A DNA stretch of 63,504 nt, the filler included, from Craspedostauros australis (Eukaryota): the NCBI GenBank assembly GCA_030167865.1. It is 15 parts of 15 records of this genome, joined end to end, with 100 filler letters (N's around TTAATTAATTAA, not from the genome) between each part and the next. Parts side by side here need not be neighbours in the genome. Positions count along the whole stretch, not along the records: positions 1 to 27,637 come from JALAGF010003200.1; positions 27,738 to 30,445 come from JALAGF010003202.1; positions 30,546 to 32,691 come from JALAGF010003205.1; positions 32,792 to 33,996 come from JALAGF010003206.1; positions 34,097 to 38,016 come from JALAGF010003207.1; 10 more parts are not named here. One strand, 5' to 3'. The notes under the pieces are model-generated. The model worked only from the letters and a program-made list of their open reading frames with translations. It did not search any database and was not told the origin of the DNA. This document shows, in pieces, positions 24,401-35,189 of the stretch (positions are counted from its first letter, which is position 1; each line of letters opens with the position of its first letter). Made by a program: the position numbers and the translations under genes.

Positions 24401-25712
24401 ATCCTCCCGACACCGACGCTGCAGATGACTGGTTCTGGAAGGCTTGCGAGTTCGTGCCTGTGAGGCTGGCTGATGTGGATGTCGATCTCGATGTTGCGTT
24501 TAGCTGTCGAAGGCTTTGCGCTTGTTCAGATGGCAAAGCAGTCGTTTGCAGCAGTGCGTGAGTGCCGATGACGTCAACGAGGTTAGGTATGACCTTTGAC
24601 AGCACTTGGAGCTCGATACGATTCATCCCATCCACAATCTGTTTTTGGAGATCTTCGAAGTACCCAATCTTGCAGGTGCTTTTAGTTTGTTGATTCCTCG
24701 GAAGTCTGGTGATCTGGCTGCACAGCTCCGTAATGGAGCTTTTGATGCCAAGGAATGGTTCTTCGGTTTGCTTGAGGTCGAATTTGCAGGAGATGATGAA
24801 AATGTGCTGGCGTTCCGAGCGCAGAGCGGATTGCACCAGGGCGGACTTGCCAACTCCTGCAAGGCCCGCAACCGAGATGAATGAGCAAATGGGTGCGCGA
24901 GGATTCGAAGCGCCCTTGACCGATTCCTCCAACGACTCAGCTGAATGGCCGTGCTTGCATTGCTCATGCCGTCCATGCTGCCCGTGCTGCCCATGCTGAT
25001 CACGATACATGCTACATGCCGTGTTTTCGATGGAAGTTTTCCGATGCGTGCTTGGATCACTGGCGCCGTTTTTCATTCGTTGGCCAGCGATAGTCTTCAG
25101 TTCCTTTCGAATGATGCGGTGCTCCGCTTCTCGTCCAACCAGCTGCAGATGGGCAAAGTTGAGCTGTTGGCGAGAGATCGCGGATATCTTCCTGGCGGTG
25201 GACATGCGAGAGGTCTGCGTCGCCAAGAGGGGTTGATGCATACTCGCAGATACGGAAAGGACTTGCGCACCCCCATCAGCACGAATGGGAGTGTTTGCGG
25301 AAGATATTCCAAGGCCATCGTGATGACGCTGGGACTGCAAGGTTGCTGTTGAGGACGAAGATGCTGATACTTGGCGTTTCTGCATGTGTCGAAGGAGCTT
25401 GGGGCTACGGTTCCCAGAGTCAGATGGCTGCGAGCCAGATGCGCTCCATGCGCTCTGCATATCGAAGTCTTCGAAGCAGGCGGTCGACGATCCGTCGGAG
25501 CACATGGTTTGTGATGGTGTTGCATTCGTATCAGCACATCCTCGAGCGAGAGGCCGCTGTGAAACTGCTTTGGGATCGGAGGTTCTCGAAGCAACGGACT
25601 GTCCTCCTGGCTGAGGCAGGACGACAGCACGAATCGTGGCTTTCTCGGCTGCCAGTCCGGACACACGGCCGTGCAAGCTGGATGGGTGATTTTGATCTTG
25701 ATCCTGTATCAT
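21408..25712 (-). CDS. Large STAND-class AAA ATPase (AAA_16/COG3899-like) with C-terminal TPR-like helical repeats
   Basis: 1434-aa intronless ORF; LVGRE, Walker A GLAGVGKS, Walker B LVLVLDDIQWAD, TGGNAFF, FIHDKVQEAA, C-terminal ALANE...WGA. Confidence 0.9.
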   Translation of the reverse strand: MIQDQDQNHPSSLHGRVSGLAAEKATIRAVVLPQPGGQSVASRTSDPKAVSQRPLARGCADTNATPSQTMCSDGSSTACFEDFDMQSAWSASGSQPSDSGNRSPKLLRHMQKRQVSASSSSTATLQSQRHHDGLGISSANTPIRADGGAQVLSVSASMHQPLLATQTSRMSTARKISAISRQQLNFAHLQLVGREAEHRIIRKELKTIAGQRMKNGASDPSTHRKTSIENTACSMYRDQHGQHGQHGRHEQCKHGHSAESLEESVKGASNPRAPICSFISVAGLAGVGKSALVQSALRSERQHIFIISCKFDLKQTEEPFLGIKSSITELCSQITRLPRNQQTKSTCKIGYFEDLQKQIVDGMNRIELQVLSKVIPNLVDVIGTHALLQTTALPSEQAQSLRQLNATSRSTSTSASLTGTNSQAFQNQSSAASVSGGYREQSNQLKFAFLRFMQIITGYCPLVLVLDDIQWADKASLSTVESWLLDTSISSFMVIASYRSNLVEESDADIVHQLLRSIEHSKRERCIHNVKVTVNDLTMDNVYTMLTRLLGCYDDGHDSHTSDGDRTQACRELADIIHRRTGGNAFFVQQFIQLLVKEDLLTYNIGRMQWEWDNGRIRRDSPATNNVVQLMELKMQRIHSSKYLLPLAACLGSTFSWPLLRLTMLGFVKDKKSRAIYEEIFGFPPPITEDEWSDILSVYKQEGLIELLHDDNDDPDLDHGAAQMDNGSSRRSSDSLPQDFAFIHDKVQEAALALINGDMLPNLQFHIGSILMESLPADELDQHAFVVVNLINRRLGLLEPYGSMGSEVSSCANASMAASVGTSRSATTLKAPSQEKRNTLDASVPSEECNHMRFRTAELNRTAGHTAIKRAAFRAALTHFQTAIELLPADHWRTHYSMSLDLFTSTAEAAFACSDHDQMFFHAYTVIDLDKPIWDKMRAYHVLINAATSGNTTHVASRGSTGVGLEVLSLLGYRLPTSQLGKAFAAARAVMKLKSCVEKWAPDKVALLSDTNDPNEHTIAKTLDTVCSYAYVTDPSLIPVILICAMKRMFKHGTTPYSPPVYAGIGFLLGCVLGKWDAATVYAKHSIGMAHEAHDGAILSRVYTAAYPLILHTSQPLEWCRQPFPSGYIAGMSAGETYSALICIYYYLAMSLYCGSNLDTLEADLSTYTKTAKDFKQDRLHDTLSMLWQMVLNLQGESSRRTVLAGDAFNEYTAMQKYDETNNTFMIASTQMFKVFASVFLGEYEVAADLALAYFDLCNKHLAGQPGCIQMTFYCAYACYISISRRRRSSGVLNKYRRLATRAHKMIRAWTRGGNPNLPHQLAMLEAEKRLAKSKLGVISASRHHKVMKHYEQAIWIAGRSGRIHDQALANERMGNIWIRQGDKDRAKFKFDEAIRLHEDWGAHAKVVELMAQRDEIWGPPSEISVLLPADVPE

Positions 25713-26538
25713 CCTCGTAAGATGAGCGGTCGCTACAATCGATTCGATGGCAACGATGATGGGTGGGGTTGTCGTCGATGCTGCTGATTGCGAACGAGTA
25801 CGGTGTGAGAACGGTGCGAGTATGGTACGCCAGGTTTGACACGAAAAGGCCGTGTTGGTTGTTGTGTTAGCAGCTTCAGCCTTCTGTTTCGACAGTCGTC
25901 TTGTTTCTATCTCTATGTGTATGAGCCTGGGTTGATCGCCTCAAGGGGGTGGATACTCGTGGGAACAGTCCGAGTATGTATGGTATGCGCCAAGTTGCCT
26001 CTTGTGGAATCCGCAATGAATGCGGGTGCATGGACGCAATTTCAAACTTTGGTGCGATGCACGCCTGTTGCTTTGGAGGGTTCTGCGGAGGTGCCGCCTT
26101 GGCACGGTGTCGCTTCCTCCTGCCCAAACACGAGACGGGGCTGCGTACGCGGATGATACATTGCTCGTAGAGTGTCGAATCGCTTTCGCCAGGGACATGT
26201 CTGATGTTCTCCAATGGCGCTCGTGTGCCAAGTGAACCCTCCCAAGCAAGTTTGGAAGTACGGGATCGGGAGGTTGATGGCCCCCACAGAGAGAAAGAAA
26301 GAGAATTGAGACTGTCTGGGCACAACGAGTTCCGCGCTTTCTTGTCTTTCCGACGAGCGACAAATCACCAAAGAATGCATGGAACTGTTCCAGTGTCAGC
26401 GCGTCTCTTCCATCGTGAAGAAACGGCGAAGAGGTGCGGCCTGCGGAAGCACGCTTTGATGGCCTGGGAGGCGCGGTATTATTATTATTATTGAAGAAAG
26501 ACCACACAATCAACAGCAAGCCACAAAAATACAAGATT

Positions 26539-26730
26539 GGAGCCCGATCAGTGAGTCGACCAATCGTTTGAAATGGACATTCTAACTTTTCATCTGCGAT
26601 ATCCAAACCAAGCACATATTCGTAATCCTNATAATCTNNTTANAAATAATTAACCGATCGATTTTTGATGTATATCCTGTTTTAAGTTTTATGGATCGAT
26701 CTATATGTTCATTCTAGTCGCGTGGATCCA
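26539..26730. repeat. AT-rich dispersed repeat, copy 1 (probable DNA-transposon end)
   Basis: Aligns with 41744-41934 (AGTGAGTCGACCAA...TTTGAAATGGACATTCTAACTTTTCATCTGCGATATCCAAACCAAGCACATAT). Confidence 0.8.
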
Positions 26731-27076
26731 ACAGCACAAAACCTGTTGTTTTTCGCCGAAGGTTCTATGATGTTCCCATTTATTTATCGTGAGGTGATCA
26801 GTCACGCACTTGCTTCCGAAGGTGTCAGTCGTTTGGTACGCGTTAATTACACGTTAGCATGTGGCNNNNNNNNNNNNNNNNNNNNNNNNNNNNNNNNNNN
26901 NNNNNNNNNNNNNNNNNNNNNNNNNNNNNNNNNNNNNNNNNNNNNNNNNNNNNNNNNNNNNNNNNNNNNNNNNNNNNNNNNNNNNNNNNNNNNNNNNNNN
27001 NNNNNNNNNNNNNNNNNNNNNNNNNNNNNNNATGCCCTGCACACTCGCCCTTTCGCTCCATGCCCGTTCTTGTCAG

Positions 27077-27176
27077 AGTAGTAGTGGCAGTAGTAGTGGC
27101 AGTAGTAGTGGCAGTAGTAGTGGCAGTAGCAGTAGTAGTAGTAGTAGTAGTAGTTGTTGTTGTTGTTGTTGCTGCT
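27077..27176. repeat. Compound trinucleotide microsatellite (GTA/GTG/GCA, then GTT)
   Basis: Seen directly. Confidence 0.9.
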
Positions 27177-27637
27177 GTGGCAAGCTGGTTTGCCTTTCAT
27201 CGGATGCTCTCCTTGCTCACTTCGTCTCAGACCAGTGCACACCATCACATCCACCTAGCAAACAACACTACTCTCCACCAACAATCCCACCATGTTTCCC
27301 TCTGCTGCTGCCAAGGCCCTCTCCAAGGANNNNNNNNNNNNNNNNNNNNNNNNNNNNNNNNNNNNNNNNNNNNNNNNNNNNNNNNNNNNNNNNNNNNNNN
27401 NNNNNNNNNNNNNNNNNNNNNNNNNNNNNNNNNNNNNNNNNNNNNNNNNNNNNNNNNGGAAGCCAACCACCATCACGCAAGTGATCGATGTGAAGCCGAT
27501 GCTCGCAGCGGATGGCGGCCTCGTCCCGAACGGTACGCATGCGCACGCTCGCAAGCTGCACGTGTTCGTACACATCCTTGACAACAACGGAGGCGTCTTC
27601 GACGACTCCAACGTCAGGGTGCGTTCGGAGGGACGAG

Positions 27638-27737
27638 NNNNNNNNNNNNNNNNNNNNNNNNNNNNNNNNNNNNNNNNNNNNTTAATTAATTAANNNNNNN
27701 NNNNNNNNNNNNNNNNNNNNNNNNNNNNNNNNNNNNN
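27638..27737. other. Artificial contig-join linker N44-TTAATTAATTAA-N44 (first of 14)
   Basis: Same 100-bp spacer with stops in all six frames starts at 27638, 30446, 32692, 33997, 38017, 41935, 43085, 44658, 46150, 50102, 51286, 52580, 57606 and 59323. Confidence 0.97.
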
Positions 27738-28238
27738 CTTGACCTCCTTGGCCACCTTCTGAAGGTACCATCGGTACGCCCACTTGGTTGCTGGTGCCTT
27801 GAAGGTCATGAAGTCGAGATCACACATGCCGAATGCGATGGTCTGTGCCCAATCATGTCGCTGGAGTGGCAGGACGTGGATGTGATCCATTGCGTTGGTC
27901 ATGTCGTCATTGTTGCTGTTGTTATTGCTGTTGTTATTGCTGTTGTCGTTGCCCCACCATCCAGCGTCGATGGCTTGCTGTGCGATGTTGGGAACAAGGT
28001 CATCGACGTAGTCGCTGGCTGCGGTTGCGAAGCCTGGNNNNNNNNNNNNNNNNNNNNNNNNNNNNNNNNNNNNNNNNNNNNTGGCGGCTGGTGGCGGTCC
28101 TTGTCGTGTGTGTGTGGTTGATGTTTTTGACGCCGATGGTGTGTTGTGTGTCACCCACGCTTGGCAGTTTGTGATTGAGTTGCACAGGCACAGCAGCGTG
28201 AGTGCGATGAGTGCTGTCGTGTTGTTGTATGCTGTCAT
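27738..28238 (-). CDS. 5' part of a probable plastid-targeted alpha/beta hydrolase (PGAP1-like), cut by contig end
   Basis: Signal peptide plus CQAW; PGF..A.DY, then QRHDW...DF...AYRWYLQKV, resembling this family's N-terminus. Confidence 0.55.
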
Positions 28239-30160
28239 TGCGGTTGCTGTTATTGTTGTTGCGGTTTGTGGAGTGGATGGGTTTGTATTTTGTGAGAGGA
28301 AGGTCGAGCTGTTTTGTTTTGCTTTGCTTTGTTTTGCTTTGTTTCTCACAGACACCACAGAGAGAGGACGAAGAAGGTGCCAGCTTGCCGATTCAGGAGA
28401 GGCAACCTCCGCAATCTGTCATACAGGTTTCAGTCATGGCGGAATACATGCGAGTGCAGAGAACACAACGCCTGGAGCAGTCTCAGCCACACTTCCATCC
28501 CCAAGCATTGGTCTTGTTCGGCACACAGGAAATACACGTGAGGCCACAAGCAGCGAGCACCCGCAAAACACACGAAGTTGTGGTGTTGTGTGGCGAAAGC
28601 GGGCTTGGTGCAAACGTGTGGAAACAGGAACACCGGTTTGTCATGAATTCGTTGCCACGTCTGTCCTTGACGGCCAATCAGAAGCCTCTATCGGTCTTTC
28701 GTCAACTCAACTTCAATGGTCTCACACCCAACCACGAATAGCACGCAACGAAAGACAACATCCCTTCTCCCCACACAACAAGAACAACATGAACAACACG
28801 AGATGCACAGTTGGGCGTGCTGGTTTCGAATGACTTATCCTGCTCATTCCAACTGTTAATTGGCTCTCGGAGAAAAGCCCATAAATCCGCAAACATCATC
28901 ATCATTGCGCTACAAGTACTCAAGAGAACAAGAACAAGAACCACAAGACAACGGGCCTTCACGACTCAACCAGTTCACATTTTCACCAAACGAGATGGAG
29001 CAAACTGGTTGCAGAGCAACTGCAGAGAGGAGGATGGATCGCCTGCATGGTATGCATGGCGAAGATGGTATTGGTCTGTATGATTGGATCCGTATCACCA
29101 TGATGATGATGATGATCAGAAGCACGCGAGACGTCGCATTGCCAGCAGTCTATCAGTGTGCGGGTCTCCGTTCTCGCATTTGCAGTTGCGGATGCTGCCG
29201 CAGTCTCCCGTCACAACTGTACGTCATACTCAGACTCAAATAGCAAGGCAAACAGAGTAGCTGGTCTTCAAGTGTCCCACGATTGGTGATGGTGCTCAAG
29301 CTGCTGTTCCCTGCCAATGCTCCCTCATCACGAAAGCTGCTGGACTACTGGGTTGCATGTACATGCTTCGACCATGTGTCGGTCGTATGTGTGGGGATGA
29401 TGAGACGTGCGCATCTGTCCGAGTATGAATACATGCTGAGAGAGAAGAGGAGGAAGGATGGCACGATCAGGAGGATGTCCGTGGTTCGGACTTGCAGCGC
29501 GCGAGTATCGTGCTGTTTTGTGTTGCTTGGCGTGACGGCATCCATGGACTGGTCTGCATGGTGAGGAGTTTTGCGTTGTCACTCTGCCTTTGCTTGGGCC
29601 AAAGTATGTGGTATGTGGTATGTGGTATGTGATTTGATTTGGGATTGGGATCACCACACAAGACCAACCTCTCCAGATTCAATGGTGTTGTTGCATCATT
29701 ACTCTTGCCTTGTTCAGGCCTGGTTGAGTGTTTGTGTGTGGACACCAAAATGTTCGCCGCTGGCATGAACTGGTAGATGACGTGTTTCGGCAACCAACCA
29801 GATCGCTTCTCCACATTTCGGGATTGGCGATTGAGTTTCGTGGGGAGAACGGAGACGATAAGTGGGGATCGGTCAAACTGGTGACGTTGCTGTGAATGGC
29901 GATTCTGCATGGAGTATTATGACTCCAACACCCACGTGTTGTTCTTCTCCCTCTGTACAGTCTTCTCCATTGTGGTTGTGTTTGTGGATGTGCACGACTG
30001 CCTGTTGGTGTGGATTCGTCCGATGTCCATCCTCTCCTCACAAAATCAAAAGCGACACAAACACAACATCCACAACAACAACAACAACGAAGCAAAAGAG
30101 GACAATCAGACTCTACCAAATCAACAACAAACAATAACACACTACACACACAATACAATC

Positions 30161-30445
30161 ATGAACAGCAACAGCAACAACAAGCCAACCACATCCAGCG
30201 TCAAGCTCTCCCTTTTCCTTGGACTCCTCGTCCTCGCAGCACCATGCGCCAACAACCAAGCACAGGCATTCACCACAAGACAGCCAACATCAGCCAACAC
30301 CCAGCTCTTCGCCACCATGTTCGAGTCCGAGCAACCATCGGCATCCCGTTTCGCATTCCTTCAGAACGCCAGACAAGCCATCGCATCCAATGTGCCACAA
30401 CAATCATTCCAGGATGCAGCCACACCTGCCGATCCTCTCTGGAGC
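30161..30445 (+). CDS. 5' end of a plastid-targeted protein, cut by contig end
   Basis: Signal peptide LSLFLGLLVLAA, AQAF motif, transit peptide ending TQLFA; terminal DPLW is reminiscent of serine acetyltransferase but too short to call. Confidence 0.6.
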
Positions 30446-30545
30446 NNNNNNNNNNNNNNNNNNNNNNNNNNNNNNNNNNNNNNNNNNNNTTAATTAATTA
30501 ANNNNNNNNNNNNNNNNNNNNNNNNNNNNNNNNNNNNNNNNNNNN

Positions 30546-32691
30546 CGTGTCGGAGGACCCGCGTAACCCTTCGGTTGCGGTCACTCCCTTGGAGCGCTTG
30601 ATCACTCCAGGCTTGCTGATGCCTGCCAACTGCTTCCATTGGCCATGATTGGTGCCTGTGGTACCCACCACTGTCTCAAACATGTCATCGCACTTGACGT
30701 GAAATTGCGGCGACACCAGTCCTGTCCTTGGGTTGAGGATGAGCGCCACCGATCTTGCGTGACGAGGAGAGAGTCCAAGGTAGATCCCGATCCTTGCCTT
30801 CGACATCCATTTTGGCTGTGATTGGCCATTGGCGAGTCGAGGGTTCAGGACGTACGTTGGGCATCCGAACGAATGAAAATGCTTCAGCTGGGGCTTGATT
30901 GCGGACCCAGAGAATCGTTCAATAGGTGTGATGTGATTGATCACTGGATTCGGGGTTGCGTTCATCACCTCATTTGCCATGCGCAGAGCGTACGGCCACA
31001 GTGAAATGGATGCGGCCTCCTTCCACCTGATGTGCATGTGCAGCAGCATTGTCCGAGCTGCCTCCTGCAGATCCCTGATGCGTTTCTCCGCCACTCCGTT
31101 TTGGAAGTGGGCGTATGCGGCGCAAAAGGTGATGGTCTGGCCGGAGCGATCGACATGCGAGAGGAATTTGTTCTCTGCGAATCGACCATTGTCGGCGTGA
31201 TAGTGCCGAATCGTCACTCCGTAGGTCTTGGCGTATGCCTCGAATGCTTGTTTGGCATGCAGGGTTTCTTCGGCGTTGGTGCTCTTCTGAAGGTGCACGT
31301 AGCTGAATCGACTGTGATGGTCAGTGAAAATGGTGGCTGCGCGGTACCGCTGGGTAGTCAGCCTGCCTTTGATCTGTCCGATGAACCCCTGTGTTGGTGA
31401 CTCCATCTGGTCCACCGACACACAGTCTCCAGGCCGATTGATTGGCACGAGTTTGCTCACTTGCTGATTGCCTCCCTTGGTCCGCCATGGCCGTCTGGTT
31501 GCCTTTCCATACTCACATGATGCGCATGCGGGCAGTTGGCAGTCTCGGAACTTCGCAGGGATCTCTCCCTTGGAAGCCATGGTCCTCATCTTGTTGAAGG
31601 ATACATGCCCAAGCTTGTAGTGCAGTCGGAGCATGTCGGCTGTTGGAGTAGAGCTGTACTCCGAGGTAGCATCGATGGGTGCTCTGTAGGGCACATCCCT
31701 GAAGTCGATCTGCGTAGGCTCCTTGCTGAGTTGGTCCTCCGCTCCGCTGGTGGTGATTGCTTGCTCACTCTGGTTGATGCTCCCGTCATCATCGTCCATT
31801 ACCACTGACTCCTCGTCGTCGCTGACCAGATTGGCTGCGTCCATTGGTTCGGTAGGAGTGATTTCCTGCACTGAATTTGTCAAGCAGTACTTCCTGAATC
31901 CATTGTAACCCGATGACGATCTGATCATGCCGATGTTGGATGACGTGAGTGGTATGGATCGTCGGTGCTTGCGACGGTCCCAAAAGATCTCCATTCTGTT
32001 GCCGAGGGTGGTACATCCGGTTCCCTCAAGATCCTTGCTGCATTGCGCCCAGTGTTGTGGGCAGAGCAGTCGGAATGGAAGGCTGGGCTCATAGATCACT
32101 TTGTCGAGCTCGATGATGTGCCGGTTTCCGCGGTCGTCCTCGATCTTCCATCTTACCTTTCCTTGCAGGTTCACCTTCCGACTCCCAACTCCCTTCACGA
32201 CCTTGTCGATTTTCGTAGGTTCTCCGATGAAGTCATCCTTGCTGTTGGTGAATGACGTGGATGCACAGTTGTCAACCGCCATCTGAAACGAGTCTGAATC
32301 GAACCGGGCGAGCGGCATTGCGAATGTGTCGTCTGTCTCCGTGTCTGCGGCTGCCCAGAGATGTCGCATTGTTCTTGTGCGCCATCCGGACTTTCGTCCA
32401 ATCCTGGGTGGCCTGATTCCGTTGCCGTGCGCGTAGTATCGCCGGCACTTGTGGTGGTTTGGTCGCCATCTGGTGTGTTTGCGTGGGTGTCCTTGGATTA
32501 GCGCGATGCGCCAAGCTGTCCACGTGACCAGAGCAACCACCACCATAGCCATTCCTGACTCCTCATCTCCGTGCACGAAGGCGGCAACGCAGATGGCTGT
32601 CAGTAACGCCATGATGAGTGGCCTGCAGAGGGTGAGCAACTGTGCCCACACCCTCCGGCCGATCATTCAGTACTCCTCTTCGGCCACATGT
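30546..32691 (-). mobile_element. Copia (CoDi-type) pol fragment: protease, GAG-pre-integrase and integrase
   Basis: MAVDNCAS protease; LHYKLGH...CASC zinc finger; DDE motifs VSVDQ, HADNG, QNGVAE; IGIYLG.SP.HA. Confidence 0.95.
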
Positions 32692-32791
32692 NNNNNNNNN
32701 NNNNNNNNNNNNNNNNNNNNNNNNNNNNNNNNNNNTTAATTAATTAANNNNNNNNNNNNNNNNNNNNNNNNNNNNNNNNNNNNNNNNNNNN

Positions 32792-33332
32792 ATGGTATGC
32801 TGACTTGTCTAGTGACGCCAGGTGCATCAGTGAGCACGTGGTAACAACAATTAGGAAATAGTCCTGTGATGTCAGGGATGATGCAAGCAATCTACTGACG
32901 TCGACGGTTGGGATATATGAGTCCTATGGGATTCTAAGACCAGCCAAGACCAGGCAAGATTAGACAAGATCAGACAGAGATGTAGAAAGACCCAAGAGGA
33001 GAAATAACACGAGTTACTGCGCAAAGCAGACAACATCCTTGGGCAACAAAGTAGACAATATGCACGATGTAACACGAAGACATCGAGCAGATCAGTAGGA
33101 AGACCTGATGATGAATCAGGCAAGATCGTAGAAATGGTGCATGAATGCATCAGATTAGGATGAGTGAGATCTTGTGCTCACAATTTCAAACTCAATCATC
33201 AATTGAACACAACCTATTAGAATAACAACTAACACCAAACATCTCCAACTCCACCTGACGGATTGATGACCCTGGCGGCGTAGTAAGTGCAGTGTTTGGT
33301 GCCCTTTTCCTGTGTGTAATTGCTGATTATCA
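32792..33332 (+). mobile_element. 3' part of a CoDi-like LTR inserted in antisense into another element's gag
   Basis: Ends TATCA like the LTR ending at 43267 and shares CGGATTGATnACCCT..CGGCGTA..GTAAGT with it. Confidence 0.7.
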
Positions 33333-33996
33333 GTCCTTGACAAGCTTGTTGAAGCTGTACCGGACCACCGTGGAGTTGGCAAGGCGCCAGGTCTGGCCCT
33401 TGTAGACCAGTTGAGGAGTATCGTCAGACGAAGAGGTGGACTTGGTCTGAGCGAGAAGGCGATCGATGGCAGTGGACTGGTCACCAGCCTTGGAAGAGTC
33501 CGTGTTACCAGCGGATGGAGTTGCAGAAGGAGTGTCGGTGGTGCCCGAAGATGTGGCAGCGTTGTTGGCAGCTTGGTGGGAGTCAGCCTTGCCCTTGCCC
33601 TTGTTCTTGCGCCACTTTCCCTTTGCTTCGAGGAATGCCTTGCGTTGGTCCTTGGACATCTCACGCCATTCATCATTGGGGATGGAACGACGGTCGTCCT
33701 TGGCNTAGTCCTTGCCATTGCCTTTGCCAGCAGAGCCGCCGGTCTTGGCATTGTTGACCTTGCGCCGAGATGTGGTGCGAGGCTGGTTGGCGTCGAGGGA
33801 TTGTGCCTCATCGCGGACGAACTCAAGGAGGTCTTCGAAGGAGACACCAACCTTGATGAAGCCGCGAGATTGCTTGTGACGTTGACGGGAGTTGGACTTC
33901 ACGTTGGTGTAAGCCCGAGTCAAGTCGACATCGGGACCGATGGCGGTACGCAACCATTGCTGCTTGACCGCCTCATCGACACATGCATCATCGAGC
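33333..33996 (-). mobile_element. CoDi-like gag C-terminal fragment
   Basis: IPNDEWREMSKDQRK and VRYSFNK match the gag at 46925 (IPDDEWKKM, VRYSFNK). Confidence 0.85.
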
Positions 33997-34320
33997 NNNN
34001 NNNNNNNNNNNNNNNNNNNNNNNNNNNNNNNNNNNNNNNNTTAATTAATTAANNNNNNNNNNNNNNNNNNNNNNNNNNNNNNNNNNNNNNNNNNNNGTGC
34101 CTCAAAGAAACAGACCCCAAAAATTGGCGATTATTGGCGATTTTTGGCTACAGTTGGCTACAGATTTTGGACCCATTTTTCCCAAACTCAGACTTAAAGT
34201 TATAGAGACTCAATCGAACATCTCTTTGCATCTACCTAAACTTAAGAGAAAGGGCTATCCAGGCAAGCAATAAAATTATCTTGTTGTTACTACCATCTCG
34301 TCGATCTTTATCTGTTTGTT

Positions 34321-35107
34321 TGTCGAGATGTACATGTGAGTATACGTCAAGATGTACGTGTATATGTGCATCGTTCACCCGCTATTCTCTCATACGCACT
34401 TGGACGGTATAACTACACTCGTGTCGATAGTATATTGTAATTCGTCAGAATTACAGGGGAAATGGAACACACGAAAAGGGGCAAGATATCTGGAGGAAAT
34501 TTTGCAAATAACGATTTCTGGGAGAATCAGAAGATCGTCCGTCCATGCATCAATGGTACCAAGAGAATCTCGAAGGTACTTCCCAACTAAACCTCAGATG
34601 ACGATATCATCTGACAGGCTGCTGCATCACCAATGGAACATGACATCTGGAGAGCAGAAGGACGCCTACTGACNNNNNNNNNNNNNNNNNNNNNNNNNNN
34701 NNNNNNNNNTGTCTCCAAGTCAGAGTAGGAGGCGAAGATACGATGACCCATGAAGATCATGGATACTGAAGGTGAACTTCAAATGGTAAGTACTCATGGA
34801 GTAGGAGCCAGTACTGAACGAATGGAGTGTCGAATGCGGAGTACGCATCGAACACGGAGTATCGTGTAACACGAGTACACGATGTAGAGAGAGAGAGTAC
34901 AGAGAGGAGCGAGAGAGCATCTTGCGTACCGACTCATAGTCGGAGACCGAATCTACGAAACAGATTGAAGTGCCAAGAGCATCGGGCAAGAGAACGGGCG
35001 TACACCGAGAGTATCGGAGTGCCAACGTAATGAAATAGCAAACAGACGACTATTAACCAACACCATCTTCCACGATCGTAGGTTACCGTGAGCGGAACTT
35101 GCCAACA
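34321..35107 (+). mobile_element. 5' LTR of a Copia element (TG...CA)
   Basis: Start TGTCGAG is fixed by an inverted copy ending at 38544; end CTTGCCAACA is fixed by a related inverted LTR starting at 51839. Confidence 0.8.
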
Positions 35108-35189
35108 CGTTTATAAACGATAGATCAGGGCGAGCCCGCGGATCGGATCATGTGAGGAAGACGAACATCATTCAAGAGCAGTAGGCTGA

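Noticed and set aside
25941..26615. Paralogous ORFs starting MLGLDIADEKLECPFQ (also 41074-41820)
   Set aside because: Similarity is limited to the non-coding repeat; non-ATG starts; no protein-like continuation
27682..27693. Recurrent TTAATTAATTAA as a biological motif
   Set aside because: Always centred in an exact 100-bp N spacer; assembly linker
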